Position numbers and translations under genes: made by a program
Shown: in pieces, positions 8,637 to 16,601 of the stretch
Numbering within the stretch: the first letter of the stretch is position 1
Layout: the number at the start of each line of letters is the position of its first letter
Notes under the pieces: model-generated
What the model saw: the letters and a program-made list of their open reading frames with translations, nothing else
Database searches by the model: none
Told to the model about the DNA's origin: nothing
Assembly (NCBI GenBank): GCA_044356125.1
Contig: JBIKWW010000001.1
Coordinates: 1-24,606 of the forward strand
Reading direction: 5' to 3'
DNA: 24,606 nucleotides
From: Acidimicrobiia bacterium
Lineage (GTDB): Bacteria > Actinomycetota > Acidimicrobiia > Acidimicrobiales > JANYDT01

Positions 8637-9911
8637 TTACTTGCCGAGGGGCCAGGTGCGGAAGTACTGCCGCGCCCGGGCCCACATGCCGGCCAGGCCG
8701 GCGGGGTAGCGGATCAGGAAGATCACCGTGAAGAGCCCGAACAGCATCGGAGGAAGGTTCTCGGTGTTGAGGCCCTTCTTGCCGAGGTCGGTCTGGACCA
8801 GGGGCAGCTTCGACAGGAACTCCTGGTGGTAGCGGATCACCTCGAAGCTGAGGGCGTAGAGCATGGCCCCGAGGACCGAGCCCGACACGCTGCCGACGCC
8901 GCCGATCACGAGCATGGCGACGAAGGTGATGGACAGCGACACCCCGAAGCTGGTGGGGTTCACCCGGCCGAGGAAGCTGCCGTAGAGCGCCCCGGCCAGG
9001 GCGCCCATGCCCCCGGACACGGCGAACGCCCAGGTCTTGGTGTACATCTGGCGGACGCCGATCACCTCGGCGCTCAGGTCCCGGTCGCGCACCGACATCA
9101 TCGCCCGGCCCTGGCGGCTGCGCAGCAGGTTGCGGGCGAGCAGGGCGGTGATGCCCACGCAGAGCCAGATCACCCAGAAGTAGCCGACCTTGTCGGCGTA
9201 GTAGAGGCGGTCGAAGATCACCGTCGACCCGTCCTCGGCCGAGCGAAGCACCACGTTGTGGTCGGGCCAGATGGTGAACTGCAGCGGCGGAACCGCACGC
9301 GGGTTGCCCTCACCACCGGTGAGGGTGTCCCAGTTGCGCACCAGGTGCTCCACCCCGAAGACGAGGACCAGCGACACGATGGCCAGGTAGTTGCCCCGCA
9401 GCCGGAGGGCGAAGGGTCCGATGGCCGCCGCCACCAGAGCCCCGACCACGACGGCCAGCACGATGGCGACGATCGAGGGCAGGGGGCGGCCCCCGAGCTC
9501 GAAGTCGGCACCGAAGTAGGCCAGGGAGAACGTGCCGATGTAGAGGAAGGCGGTGTGGCCGAGCGAGATCTGGCCGGTGTTGCCGATCAGCAGGTTGAGG
9601 CCGATGGCGGCGATGGCGAACACGCCGGCCTGGCACATCACGAACAGCCACTTCTCGTTGAAGGGCATGCCGGGCATGAAGCCGTTCGGGAGGTGAACGC
9701 CCTTGATCCCGAGCCACGACCATCCGATGGGGATGCTGATCCACACGAACGCCGCCACCAGCAGGGCGATCTTGGTTCCGTTGCCCCGGAACTGGCGGAC
9801 GTCGGCGGCGTAGTCGGCGACGGTGCGGAGCCGGGCGTCGCGGCGCCCCAGCACCACCGTGGCGGCGATGACGGCGGCGACGCCGAGCATGACGAAGACG
9901 GAACCCGGCAT
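8637..9911 (-). CDS. livM: Branched-chain amino acid/fatty-acid-type ABC permease, LivM-like (424 aa)
   Basis: Start ATG 9911 (MPGSVFVML). GLNLLIGNTGQISLGH, LRLRGNYLAIVSL, TGGEG, SRQGRAMMSVRD, GGVGSVSGSVLG. Confidence 0.9.
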   Translation of the reverse strand: MPGSVFVMLGVAAVIAATVVLGRRDARLRTVADYAADVRQFRGNGTKIALLVAAFVWISIPIGWSWLGIKGVHLPNGFMPGMPFNEKWLFVMCQAGVFAIAAIGLNLLIGNTGQISLGHTAFLYIGTFSLAYFGADFELGGRPLPSIVAIVLAVVVGALVAAAIGPFALRLRGNYLAIVSLVLVFGVEHLVRNWDTLTGGEGNPRAVPPLQFTIWPDHNVVLRSAEDGSTVIFDRLYYADKVGYFWVIWLCVGITALLARNLLRSRQGRAMMSVRDRDLSAEVIGVRQMYTKTWAFAVSGGMGALAGALYGSFLGRVNPTSFGVSLSITFVAMLVIGGVGSVSGSVLGAMLYALSFEVIRYHQEFLSKLPLVQTDLGKKGLNTENLPPMLFGLFTVIFLIRYPAGLAGMWARARQYFRTWPLGK

Positions 9912-9913
9912 GG

Positions 9914-10855
9914 CTAGACCCTTCTGACCTCGCCGTGGCCGAACAGGCCCGACGGTCGCACGATCAGGATGATGAGCATGGCGATCCAGGGAACGAGGCT
10001 GAAGAAGCCGAACCCGAGGAAGTTCTCGTACTTCGGCGAGTAGCCGGCGAAGAGCTGCTCGAGGATGCCGATGACCATGCCGCCGACGATCGCTCCCTCG
10101 CTGGAGTCGATGCCGCCGAGCACCATGGCGGCGAAGCCGAACAGGGCGAACAGGGGGATCGAGGGGTCGACCGACCGGTCGGCCCCCGAGGACAGCATGA
10201 TGCCGGCCAGGGCTCCGAGGGCGGCGGCGAGCGCCCATGACAGGCCGAAGATGAAGTTGGCGCTGATGCCCTGGGCCATGGCCGCTTCCTGGTCGTGGGC
10301 GGTGGCCCGCATGGCCACACCCACCCGGCTGCGGTTGAACACGAAGAAGAACAGCACCGTGATGACGACGGAGATGATCAGCGTGACGAGGTCGACCAGG
10401 CGGATGGACACGTTCTCGATGCCGAGCCCGACGGTCCTGGTGCCGAACGGGCTGCGCAGGACCAGCGCGCCCGTGCCCCAGGCGGCGTGGGCACCGGTGT
10501 CGAGGATGATGTTGACCCCGAGGGTGGCCATGATCGCGGCGAACACCGGACGACCCCGGAATCGCCGCACGATCACCATCTCGATGAGCCAGCCCAGGGC
10601 ACCGGCGATGATCAGGGCGATGATCACCGCCAGCCAGTACGGGAGCTCGGCGATGTAGGCCGACGGCGTGAAGTTGATCCCCGGGTCGGGACCCGACACC
10701 CAGTACACGAGATAGCCGCCCAGCCCCATGACGGCACCTTGGGCGAAGTTCAGCACGTGCGTGGCCCGGTAGACGATGACGTAGCTGAGGGCGATGAGGG
10801 CGTAGATGGCGCCGCGGGCCACCCCGCCGACGAAGTAGTTGAGGAACTGGGTCAT
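9914..10855 (-). CDS. livH: ABC permease, LivH-like (313 aa)
   Basis: Start ATG 10855 (MTQFLNYFVGG). YALIALSYVIVYRATHVLNFAQG, SRVGVAMRATAHD, GGIDSSEGAIVGG. Confidence 0.92.
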   Translation of the reverse strand: MTQFLNYFVGGVARGAIYALIALSYVIVYRATHVLNFAQGAVMGLGGYLVYWVSGPDPGINFTPSAYIAELPYWLAVIIALIIAGALGWLIEMVIVRRFRGRPVFAAIMATLGVNIILDTGAHAAWGTGALVLRSPFGTRTVGLGIENVSIRLVDLVTLIISVVITVLFFFVFNRSRVGVAMRATAHDQEAAMAQGISANFIFGLSWALAAALGALAGIMLSSGADRSVDPSIPLFALFGFAAMVLGGIDSSEGAIVGGMVIGILEQLFAGYSPKYENFLGFGFFSLVPWIAMLIILIVRPSGLFGHGEVRRV

Positions 10856-12108
10856 GTCGTCACCTGCTTGGGGGTGGCGGAACGGTTGGCGTCGGCCCCC
10901 ACCGTCACGACGGGCAGGCCGAGCGCGCCGAGCACCTCGGACGCCTCGGGGCCGATGGGTTCGGAGACGACGACGGCCCGGGTGCGCGTGAGCCCGAGGC
11001 GGCGCCGCAGCGGCCCGGGCACGCTGATGCCCGAGAGCACGGCGAAGGACCCCGCACCCAGGGCCATGGCGATCGCCCCGAGGATCCTCAGGTAGTCGTT
11101 GGCCGACGGCGTGAGGGCGAACAGGACGAGGACCGCCGCGACGGTGACGATGCCGAGGGCCCGCAGGGGCGGGAAGCCCGGCGTCCTCGGGGTCGTGGCC
11201 GGAGTCCGCAGGCGGAAGCCCCGTCGCAGGGCCAGGCGCTTGAGGCCCCGGGTGGCCCGGACCCGACGATCGAGGTCCGTGGCCAGGGAGGCGGCCCAGG
11301 CTGGCGTGGCGTGGAGCAGGGTCGGCTGCACGGCCGTGATCTCGAGGGTGGCCAGCCGGTCGTCCTGACCGATGGCGAGCGACAGCCCGTGGCGCATGGC
11401 GCCGGTGATCGACAGTGCCCGCTCGGTGGGATCGGCGAAGCTGTGCTGGGGGTACAGCTCGTCGGTCGGCCCGAGCCCCACCGTCGCCCCGATCCGGTCC
11501 CCGGCGGCGAGCAGCGTGGCGTGGTCGGTGCGGTGCACCTCGGCGCCGTCGACCTCGACGACGGCCACGGTGTCGGGGGTGAGCGAGGCCAGCGCACGGC
11601 GCCAGGATCCATCGGAGCGAAGCGATTCGAGGGCGGCGAAGGACATCCGGCGGTCGGCGTCGGGACGACCGGCATCGTCGAGGTGGCGCAGGCCCCGGGT
11701 GTCCATGACGATCACCGGGGCATCTCCGATGGCACCGCCGTCGACCGCCTTGTCGTACTGCTCCTGATCGGAGACCACCACGACGGCCGGGGACGTGGCC
11801 TGCATCGCCCGGCTCACGGCCGACGGGCTCGCCGAGGTGGGGTCGAGGGCCAGGACGGCCGCGCCGAGACCCTGGGCGGCCAGGTCGGTCACGATCCACT
11901 CGACCCGGTTCGTCGCCACCAGGGCCACGACGGACCCGGCGGTGACGCCCAGCGAGGCCAGGCCGTCGCCCACCCGCTCGACCCGCTCGGCCAGGGCGGC
12001 CCAGGTCGTCGGCTGCCAGATGCCGAGCCCGTGGCTGCGCACGGCGACCTGCGTCCCGCGCTGGCGGGCCTGGTCGAGCAGCAGGCCCGGCAGGGTGCCC
12101 GCGCTCAC
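10852..12108 (-). CDS. Degenerate, C-terminally truncated AMP-binding (long-chain acyl-CoA ligase-like) protein with an inserted two-helix membrane segment (418 aa)
   Basis: GTG 12108 overlaps the livG stop; its TGA overlaps the livH ATG. Ligase-like N-terminus (TLPGLL, GIWQPTTW, NRVEW, DQEQYDK). No YTSGTTGxPKG P-loop, no YGxTE motif, no C-terminal domain. Confidence 0.8.
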   Translation of the reverse strand: MSAGTLPGLLLDQARQRGTQVAVRSHGLGIWQPTTWAALAERVERVGDGLASLGVTAGSVVALVATNRVEWIVTDLAAQGLGAAVLALDPTSASPSAVSRAMQATSPAVVVVSDQEQYDKAVDGGAIGDAPVIVMDTRGLRHLDDAGRPDADRRMSFAALESLRSDGSWRRALASLTPDTVAVVEVDGAEVHRTDHATLLAAGDRIGATVGLGPTDELYPQHSFADPTERALSITGAMRHGLSLAIGQDDRLATLEITAVQPTLLHATPAWAASLATDLDRRVRATRGLKRLALRRGFRLRTPATTPRTPGFPPLRALGIVTVAAVLVLFALTPSANDYLRILGAIAMALGAGSFAVLSGISVPGPLRRRLGLTRTRAVVVSEPIGPEASEVLGALGLPVVTVGADANRSATPKQVTT

Positions 12109-12923
12109 GCCCCCGCCCCCAGGTACGCCTCGATGACCCGCGGATCGGCGCGCACGTCGGCGGGCAGTCCCTCGCCGATCTTCTGGCCGAAGTCGATGAC
12201 GACGATGCGCTCGGCGACGTCCATCACCATGTGCATGTCGTGCTCGACGAGGATCATCGAGATGCCGAGCTCTCGCCGGGCCTCCAGGATGTAGCGGGCC
12301 ATGTCCTCGGTCTCGGTGGCGTTCATGCCGGCGACGGGCTCGTCGAGCAGGAGCAGCTTGGGGTCCATGCACAGGGCCCGGGCCAGCTCCATGCGCTTCT
12401 GCACGCCGTAGGGCAGCATGCCGACCGGCTGGCCCCGGTACACGTGCAGGTCGAGGAGCTCCATGACCTCCTCGACCCGGCGCCGGTGCAGGACCTCCTG
12501 GCGCTTGGTGGTTCCGGCGAAGGCGAGCCCGGCCAGGAAGCCGCCCTTCATGAGGTGGTGGCGCCCGAGCATCAGGTTGGCGACGACGTCGAGGCCCACG
12601 AACAGACCGATGTTCTGGAAGGTGCGGGCGATGCCCTGCTGCACGGTGAAGGGCGGGTTCGTGCCGATCAGCTCGACCCCGTCGAGCTTGATGGAACCCT
12701 CCTGGGGCCGGTACACGGCGTTGAGGCAGTTGAAGACCGACGTCTTCCCCGCCCCGTTCGGACCGATGATGGCGAACAGCTCGTTGCGACGGACGTCGAA
12801 GCTGAGGTCGTTGATCGCCGTCACACCGCCGAAGCGCAGGGTGACGTTGCGCACCTCGAGCAGGGGCTTCAGCTCGGCGCCCACCGCCGCGCCCACCCGC
12901 TGGGTGATTCCGGGGACGGTCAT
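12105..12923 (-). CDS. livG: ABC transporter ATP-binding protein, LivG-like (272 aa)
   Basis: Start ATG 12923. GPNGAGKT, ARTFQN, LPYGVQKRMELARAL, LLLDEPVAGM, LVEHDM, DPRVIEAYLG. Confidence 0.93.
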   Translation of the reverse strand: MTVPGITQRVGAAVGAELKPLLEVRNVTLRFGGVTAINDLSFDVRRNELFAIIGPNGAGKTSVFNCLNAVYRPQEGSIKLDGVELIGTNPPFTVQQGIARTFQNIGLFVGLDVVANLMLGRHHLMKGGFLAGLAFAGTTKRQEVLHRRRVEEVMELLDLHVYRGQPVGMLPYGVQKRMELARALCMDPKLLLLDEPVAGMNATETEDMARYILEARRELGISMILVEHDMHMVMDVAERIVVIDFGQKIGEGLPADVRADPRVIEAYLGAGA

Positions 12924-12936
12924 CGTGGCCTGCCCA

Positions 12937-13887
12937 TCACTCGGCCCACTCCTTGGGTCGGTACGTCTTGAGGTCCCGGTAGCTGGTGTGCTCGCTCTCA
13001 CCGCCGAGGTAGAGGGCCTTGATGTCGGGATCGTCGAGCAGTTCGGCGGCCGCCCCGTGCTTGGCGACACGTCCGGTCTCCATCACGTAGGCGTAGTCGC
13101 TGTTGCGCAGGGCCATGGCGGCGTTCTGCTCGACGAGCAGCACGCTCGTACCCTGCCGGTTGATCTCGCCGATGATCTCGAAGATCTGCTCGACGATCAG
13201 CGGGGCGAGGCCGAGCGAAGGCTCGTCCATCAGCAGCAGGCGGGGGTTGGCCATGAGGGCCCGGCCGATGGCGAGCATCTGCTGCTCGCCGCCCGAGAGG
13301 TAGCCGGCGATCTGGCGGCGACGCTCGAGCAGCCGGGGGAAGAGCGATATCACCCGCTCGTGGGACGCCTTCACCTCGGCCTTGTCCTTGCGCGTGTAGG
13401 CACCGGCCCGCAGGTTCTCCTCGACGGTGAGCTGGGCGAAGATCCGCCGGCCCTCCATGACCTGGGCCATGCCCCGACGTACGTTGGCGGCGGCGTCGCC
13501 ACCGGTGATGTCGGACCCGTCGAAGTGCACCGACCCGGCGGTCACCGCACCGCCCTGGTAGAGCAGCAGGCCCGAGATGGCCCGCAGGAGCGTGGTCTTC
13601 CCGGCGCCGTTGGCGCCCAGGATGGCCACGACCTTGCCGGTCGGCACGTCGAGCGACACGCCCCGTAGGACGTTGATGGCGCCGCCGTAGACGACCTCGA
13701 GCTCGCGCACGGTCAAGATGGCGGACGCGCCCGAAGAGGCGGGGGCGGACGCGCCCGAAGAGGCGGGGGCGGACGCGCCCGAAGAGGCGGGGGCGGACGC
13801 GCCCGAAGAGGCGGGGGTGGAGGGGCCGGTGGCGGCGGTGGCGGAGGCGTTGGATCCGGACATGGGGGGCTCGGTGACGGCAGTCAC
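12937..13887 (-). CDS. livF: ABC transporter ATP-binding protein, LivF-like, with a low-complexity N-terminal extension
   Basis: Start GTG 13887 (or ATG 13863). GANGAGKT, EGRRIF, LSGGEQQM, LLMDEPSLGLAP, VEQNA. C-terminal SYRDLKTYR tail typical of ligase-associated LivF proteins. Confidence 0.92.
   Translation of the reverse strand: MTAVTEPPMSGSNASATAATGPSTPASSGASAPASSGASAPASSGASAPASSGASAILTVRELEVVYGGAINVLRGVSLDVPTGKVVAILGANGAGKTTLLRAISGLLLYQGGAVTAGSVHFDGSDITGGDAAANVRRGMAQVMEGRRIFAQLTVEENLRAGAYTRKDKAEVKASHERVISLFPRLLERRRQIAGYLSGGEQQMLAIGRALMANPRLLLMDEPSLGLAPLIVEQIFEIIGEINRQGTSVLLVEQNAAMALRNSDYAYVMETGRVAKHGAAAELLDDPDIKALYLGGESEHTSYRDLKTYRPKEWAE
13721..13816 (-). repeat. Four perfect copies of a 24-bp unit encoding (PASSGASA)4 in the LivF N-terminus
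   Basis: GCGGACGCGCCCGAAGAGGCGGGG repeated at 13721, 13745, 13769 and 13793, with no spacers. Confidence 0.97.
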
Positions 13888-13888
13888 A
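13873..13888. promoter_or_regulatory. Second GTGA-N6-TCAC palindrome, overlapping the livF start
   Basis: GGTGACGGCAGTCACA has the same GTGAC-N4-GTCAC core as the site at 8565-8580. Confidence 0.45.
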
Positions 13889-13894
13889 GGGCCG

Positions 13895-13900
13895 ACACTA
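13895..13900 (-). promoter_or_regulatory. Putative -10 box (TAGTGT), leaderless promoter of the ABC operon
   Basis: TAGTGT on the - strand, 7 nt before GTG 13887. Confidence 0.5.
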
Positions 13901-14036
13901 TGGCACAGAATCCGACGCAGGCCGAGCACATACCGGAACCGATCTGCCGCCATCGGTGCCATTCCCGCCCGTCCCCTCCCGCCCTGCGGGGCCGCCATCT
14001 CCCCGGCGCAGGCGGCGCCGTGGCAGCATCGCCGCC

Positions 14037-15704
14037 GTGTTCGGCCGGGATCGTCGCAGTACCGCTGGAGGCGCCGCCCTCGACGAGGCCGTGCGGGCCT
14101 TCGTGGACGACCTCACGGTGATCCTGGAGGGGATGGTCGGGGAGCTCCCGGCTCCGCTCGCCTCCCGCCTGGCCGGCGACGTCGTGCTCGAGGCGCAGAA
14201 CCTCACGCTCGCCGTGATCGACGCCGACGGCCGCCACACCGACACCGAGCTGTGGTCCTACCTCGCCGCCTTCGCCCACCGCAGCGACGGGCAGCTCCAG
14301 CTCGCCACCCCAGCCGACGTCCGAGACGCCGGGCTGGCCGTCGACCGGCGCTCCTGGCTCACCACCGTGTCGGCCCTGTTCGATCTGGTCGTGACCGCCG
14401 ACGCCCGGAACCGGACCACGCACGCCTGGACGTACTACGACCGCGCCATGCGCCTGGCCCACACGGTCTGCGCCCTCGACGACCGCCCGTCCGACGACGA
14501 GCTGCGGGCCGTCGACGCGTTCCGGGCCCTGCTCGTCGACACCATGACGGCCCACGGCGTGGCCCGGCCGGGCTCGACGTCGACCTGGGTGCCCGGGCGT
14601 CTGCCCCAGGCGACGGGCCCGACCCCCGGGCCCCTCCCCTCCCCGGCGCGCCCGACATCGGGACCTGCGGGACCTGCGGGACCAGTCGAACCCGCCGGAC
14701 CCGCCGGACCCGCCGCCGTTCCAGCCGGTGCCCCGACCGTCGCCCCGACCGTCGCTGCCGCCGAGCAGCCCGGCCCGCCGGAGCCCATCGAGGAGCTCCT
14801 GGCCGAGCTCGACGACCTGGTGGGACTCGACGGCGTCAAGGCCGAGGTCCGGCTCGTCACCAACCTGCTCGAGATCGGACGGATCCGCGCCGAGCGCAAG
14901 CTGCCGACCGTCGAGGGTTCCCGGCACCTCGTCTTCACCGGAAACCCCGGGACCGGCAAGACCACCGTCGCCCGGCTGCTGGCGCGGATCTACCGGACCC
15001 TCGGTGTGGTCGAGCGCGGGCATCTGGTCGAGACCGATCGGGCCGGGCTCGTCGCCGGGTACGTCGGCCAGACGGCGATCCGGGTGACGGAGGCCTTCGA
15101 CCGGGCCGACCAGGGGGTCCTGCTGATCGACGAGGCCTATGCCCTGGCCCGGGGCGGCGAGCGCGACTTCGGCCGCGAGGCCATCGACACCATCGTCAAG
15201 CTGGTCGAGGATCGGCGTGACCGCGTGGTGGTGATCGCCGCCGGGTACCCGGCCGAGATGGCCGAGTTCATCGACGCCAACCCCGGCCTGCGGTCGCGGT
15301 TCCCCAAGACGATCCACTTCGAGGACTACTCCGACGATCAGCTCCTGGCGATCTTCGGGTCCCAGTGCCGCAAGGCCCACTACGAGCCCACGGATGAGGC
15401 GATCGAACGGGTCCGGGCCTACTTCCTGGCCGTCCCCCGCACGAAGGGCTTCGGCAACGCCCGGCTGTGCCGGAACCTCTTCGAGCAGGCCATCGCCAAC
15501 CAGGCCAGTCGTCTCATGGAGGCCCAGCGCACGCCCTCCGACGGGGCCCCCGCCCCGCTCCTCTCCGACGCCGACCTCGTCGCCCTCGTCGCCGCCGACA
15601 TCCCCGCCCCGCCGCCGGACTCCCCGCCGGACTTCCCGCAGGGTGCCCCTCCGTCGGATCGCCGGCGCCCGGATGTTCCCTTCGGGGAGACGGACGCCCC
15701 ATGA
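14037..15704 (+). CDS. SpoVK/CbbX-family AAA+ ATPase with an N-terminal TerB-like helical domain and Pro/Gly linker (about 555 aa; ORF open from 13956)
   Basis: LDDLVGLDGVK, HLVFTGNPGTGKTT, GYVGQTA, LLIDEAYAL, AGY, NPGLRSRF, FGNAR. Start 14037 is preferred because TGG-CAGCAT lies 7 nt upstream. Confidence 0.88.
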   Translation: MFGRDRRSTAGGAALDEAVRAFVDDLTVILEGMVGELPAPLASRLAGDVVLEAQNLTLAVIDADGRHTDTELWSYLAAFAHRSDGQLQLATPADVRDAGLAVDRRSWLTTVSALFDLVVTADARNRTTHAWTYYDRAMRLAHTVCALDDRPSDDELRAVDAFRALLVDTMTAHGVARPGSTSTWVPGRLPQATGPTPGPLPSPARPTSGPAGPAGPVEPAGPAGPAAVPAGAPTVAPTVAAAEQPGPPEPIEELLAELDDLVGLDGVKAEVRLVTNLLEIGRIRAERKLPTVEGSRHLVFTGNPGTGKTTVARLLARIYRTLGVVERGHLVETDRAGLVAGYVGQTAIRVTEAFDRADQGVLLIDEAYALARGGERDFGREAIDTIVKLVEDRRDRVVVIAAGYPAEMAEFIDANPGLRSRFPKTIHFEDYSDDQLLAIFGSQCRKAHYEPTDEAIERVRAYFLAVPRTKGFGNARLCRNLFEQAIANQASRLMEAQRTPSDGAPAPLLSDADLVALVAADIPAPPPDSPPDFPQGAPPSDRRRPDVPFGETDAP

Positions 15705-16597
15705 AGCGGGTGCTCGCCGCGATCGCCGCCGCCGCCATGATCGCCGGGGCGGTGCTCCTCCGGTCGCGGCTGGGCTCCGACGGCCCGTCGCCGGAAGCCG
15801 CCCGCCTGCGGATCGGCTGCGCCGTCGTGGTCGCCGAGCCGTGCCGGGAGTGGGCGACCAAGGCCGGGTTCGATGTCGTCGTGCTCGCCGACCCGCCCCC
15901 CGCCACGGGCTACGGCGCCGCCGTCGGAGCCCTCGACGCGGTGGTGGCCCCCGAGCCCTACGGTGCCCAGGCCCTCGCCCTGCCCGGCCCGGCCGCGGCC
16001 GTCGCCACCAGCCCGGTGGTGCTGGTGACCAGGGCCGACGACCAGGGCCGTCTGCGGGGGCCCGGCTCGGCCTGGTCCGACGCCATCGACGACGGGCAGC
16101 GGCTGTGGATCGAACCCGACGGGAGCTGGTTCGCGCCGGTGGTGCGCGCCGGGCTCGTCGCCGCCGCCCTCACCACCGATGCGCGGACGACCGGCACCTC
16201 CCCGCCCGCGCTCGCCGAGCTCGCCGCCCAGGACCTCCGCACCGACGCCGTGCTCGCCGCCGGCGACGACCTGGCCGCCGCCACCTCGGCCTCGAGCTCC
16301 CCGGATGCCCGTGACGCGATCAGTGCCATGGCCGCCCGGGAGCTCGACATCGTGGCCACGGTGGCCGCCGCCGCCGGGAAGCGGAGCAGCCAGAAGGTGA
16401 CGACCCCCGAACCCGAAGTGGCCGTCACCATCACCCTCACCCCCCGGGCCGACCTGGCCGAGCGGGGCCGGCTCGACGCCACCGCCGCCGCCCTCACCGC
16501 GGCGCTGCAGGCGGCTGGCTGGGCCGCCCCGGGCGGCGCCGGCAGCGGGATCGCCGAGGAGCTGCTCATCGGGATCGCCGCCGAGCTGCGAAGCTGA
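15701..16597 (+). CDS. Membrane-anchored/secreted Ala-rich protein, probable degenerate type II solute-binding fold (298 aa)
   Basis: ATGA overlap with the AAA stop. N-terminal MKR plus hydrophobic helix. Segments VATSPVVLV, AWSD and LQAAGW parallel FMRTPLVIA, GWTD and VLAFGF of the next gene. Confidence 0.7.
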   Translation: MKRVLAAIAAAAMIAGAVLLRSRLGSDGPSPEAARLRIGCAVVVAEPCREWATKAGFDVVVLADPPPATGYGAAVGALDAVVAPEPYGAQALALPGPAAAVATSPVVLVTRADDQGRLRGPGSAWSDAIDDGQRLWIEPDGSWFAPVVRAGLVAAALTTDARTTGTSPPALAELAAQDLRTDAVLAAGDDLAAATSASSSPDARDAISAMAARELDIVATVAAAAGKRSSQKVTTPEPEVAVTITLTPRADLAERGRLDATAAALTAALQAAGWAAPGGAGSGIAEELLIGIAAELRS

Positions 16598-16601
16598 CGG
16601 G

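Noticed and set aside
10852-12108. Frameshifted pseudogene of a full-length ligase
   Set aside because: No missing C-terminal sequence follows in another frame: livH begins at the stop codon. The frame is intact for 418 codons.
13721-13816. 24-bp repeats as a CRISPR array
   Set aside because: The units are contiguous with no spacers, lie in frame in a CDS, and no cas genes are present.
8637-13998. Over-long track ORFs for LivM, LivH, the ligase-like protein, LivG and LivF
   Set aside because: The extensions are Arg/Pro-rich off-frame readings of the neighbouring genes; internal starts give adjacent or overlapping, normal-sized genes.
14037-15704. AAA+ ATPase as EccA (type VII secretion) or CbbX Rubisco activase
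   Set aside because: No TPR N-domain, WXG100, FtsK/EccC or Rubisco genes in the window, and the N-domain looks different.
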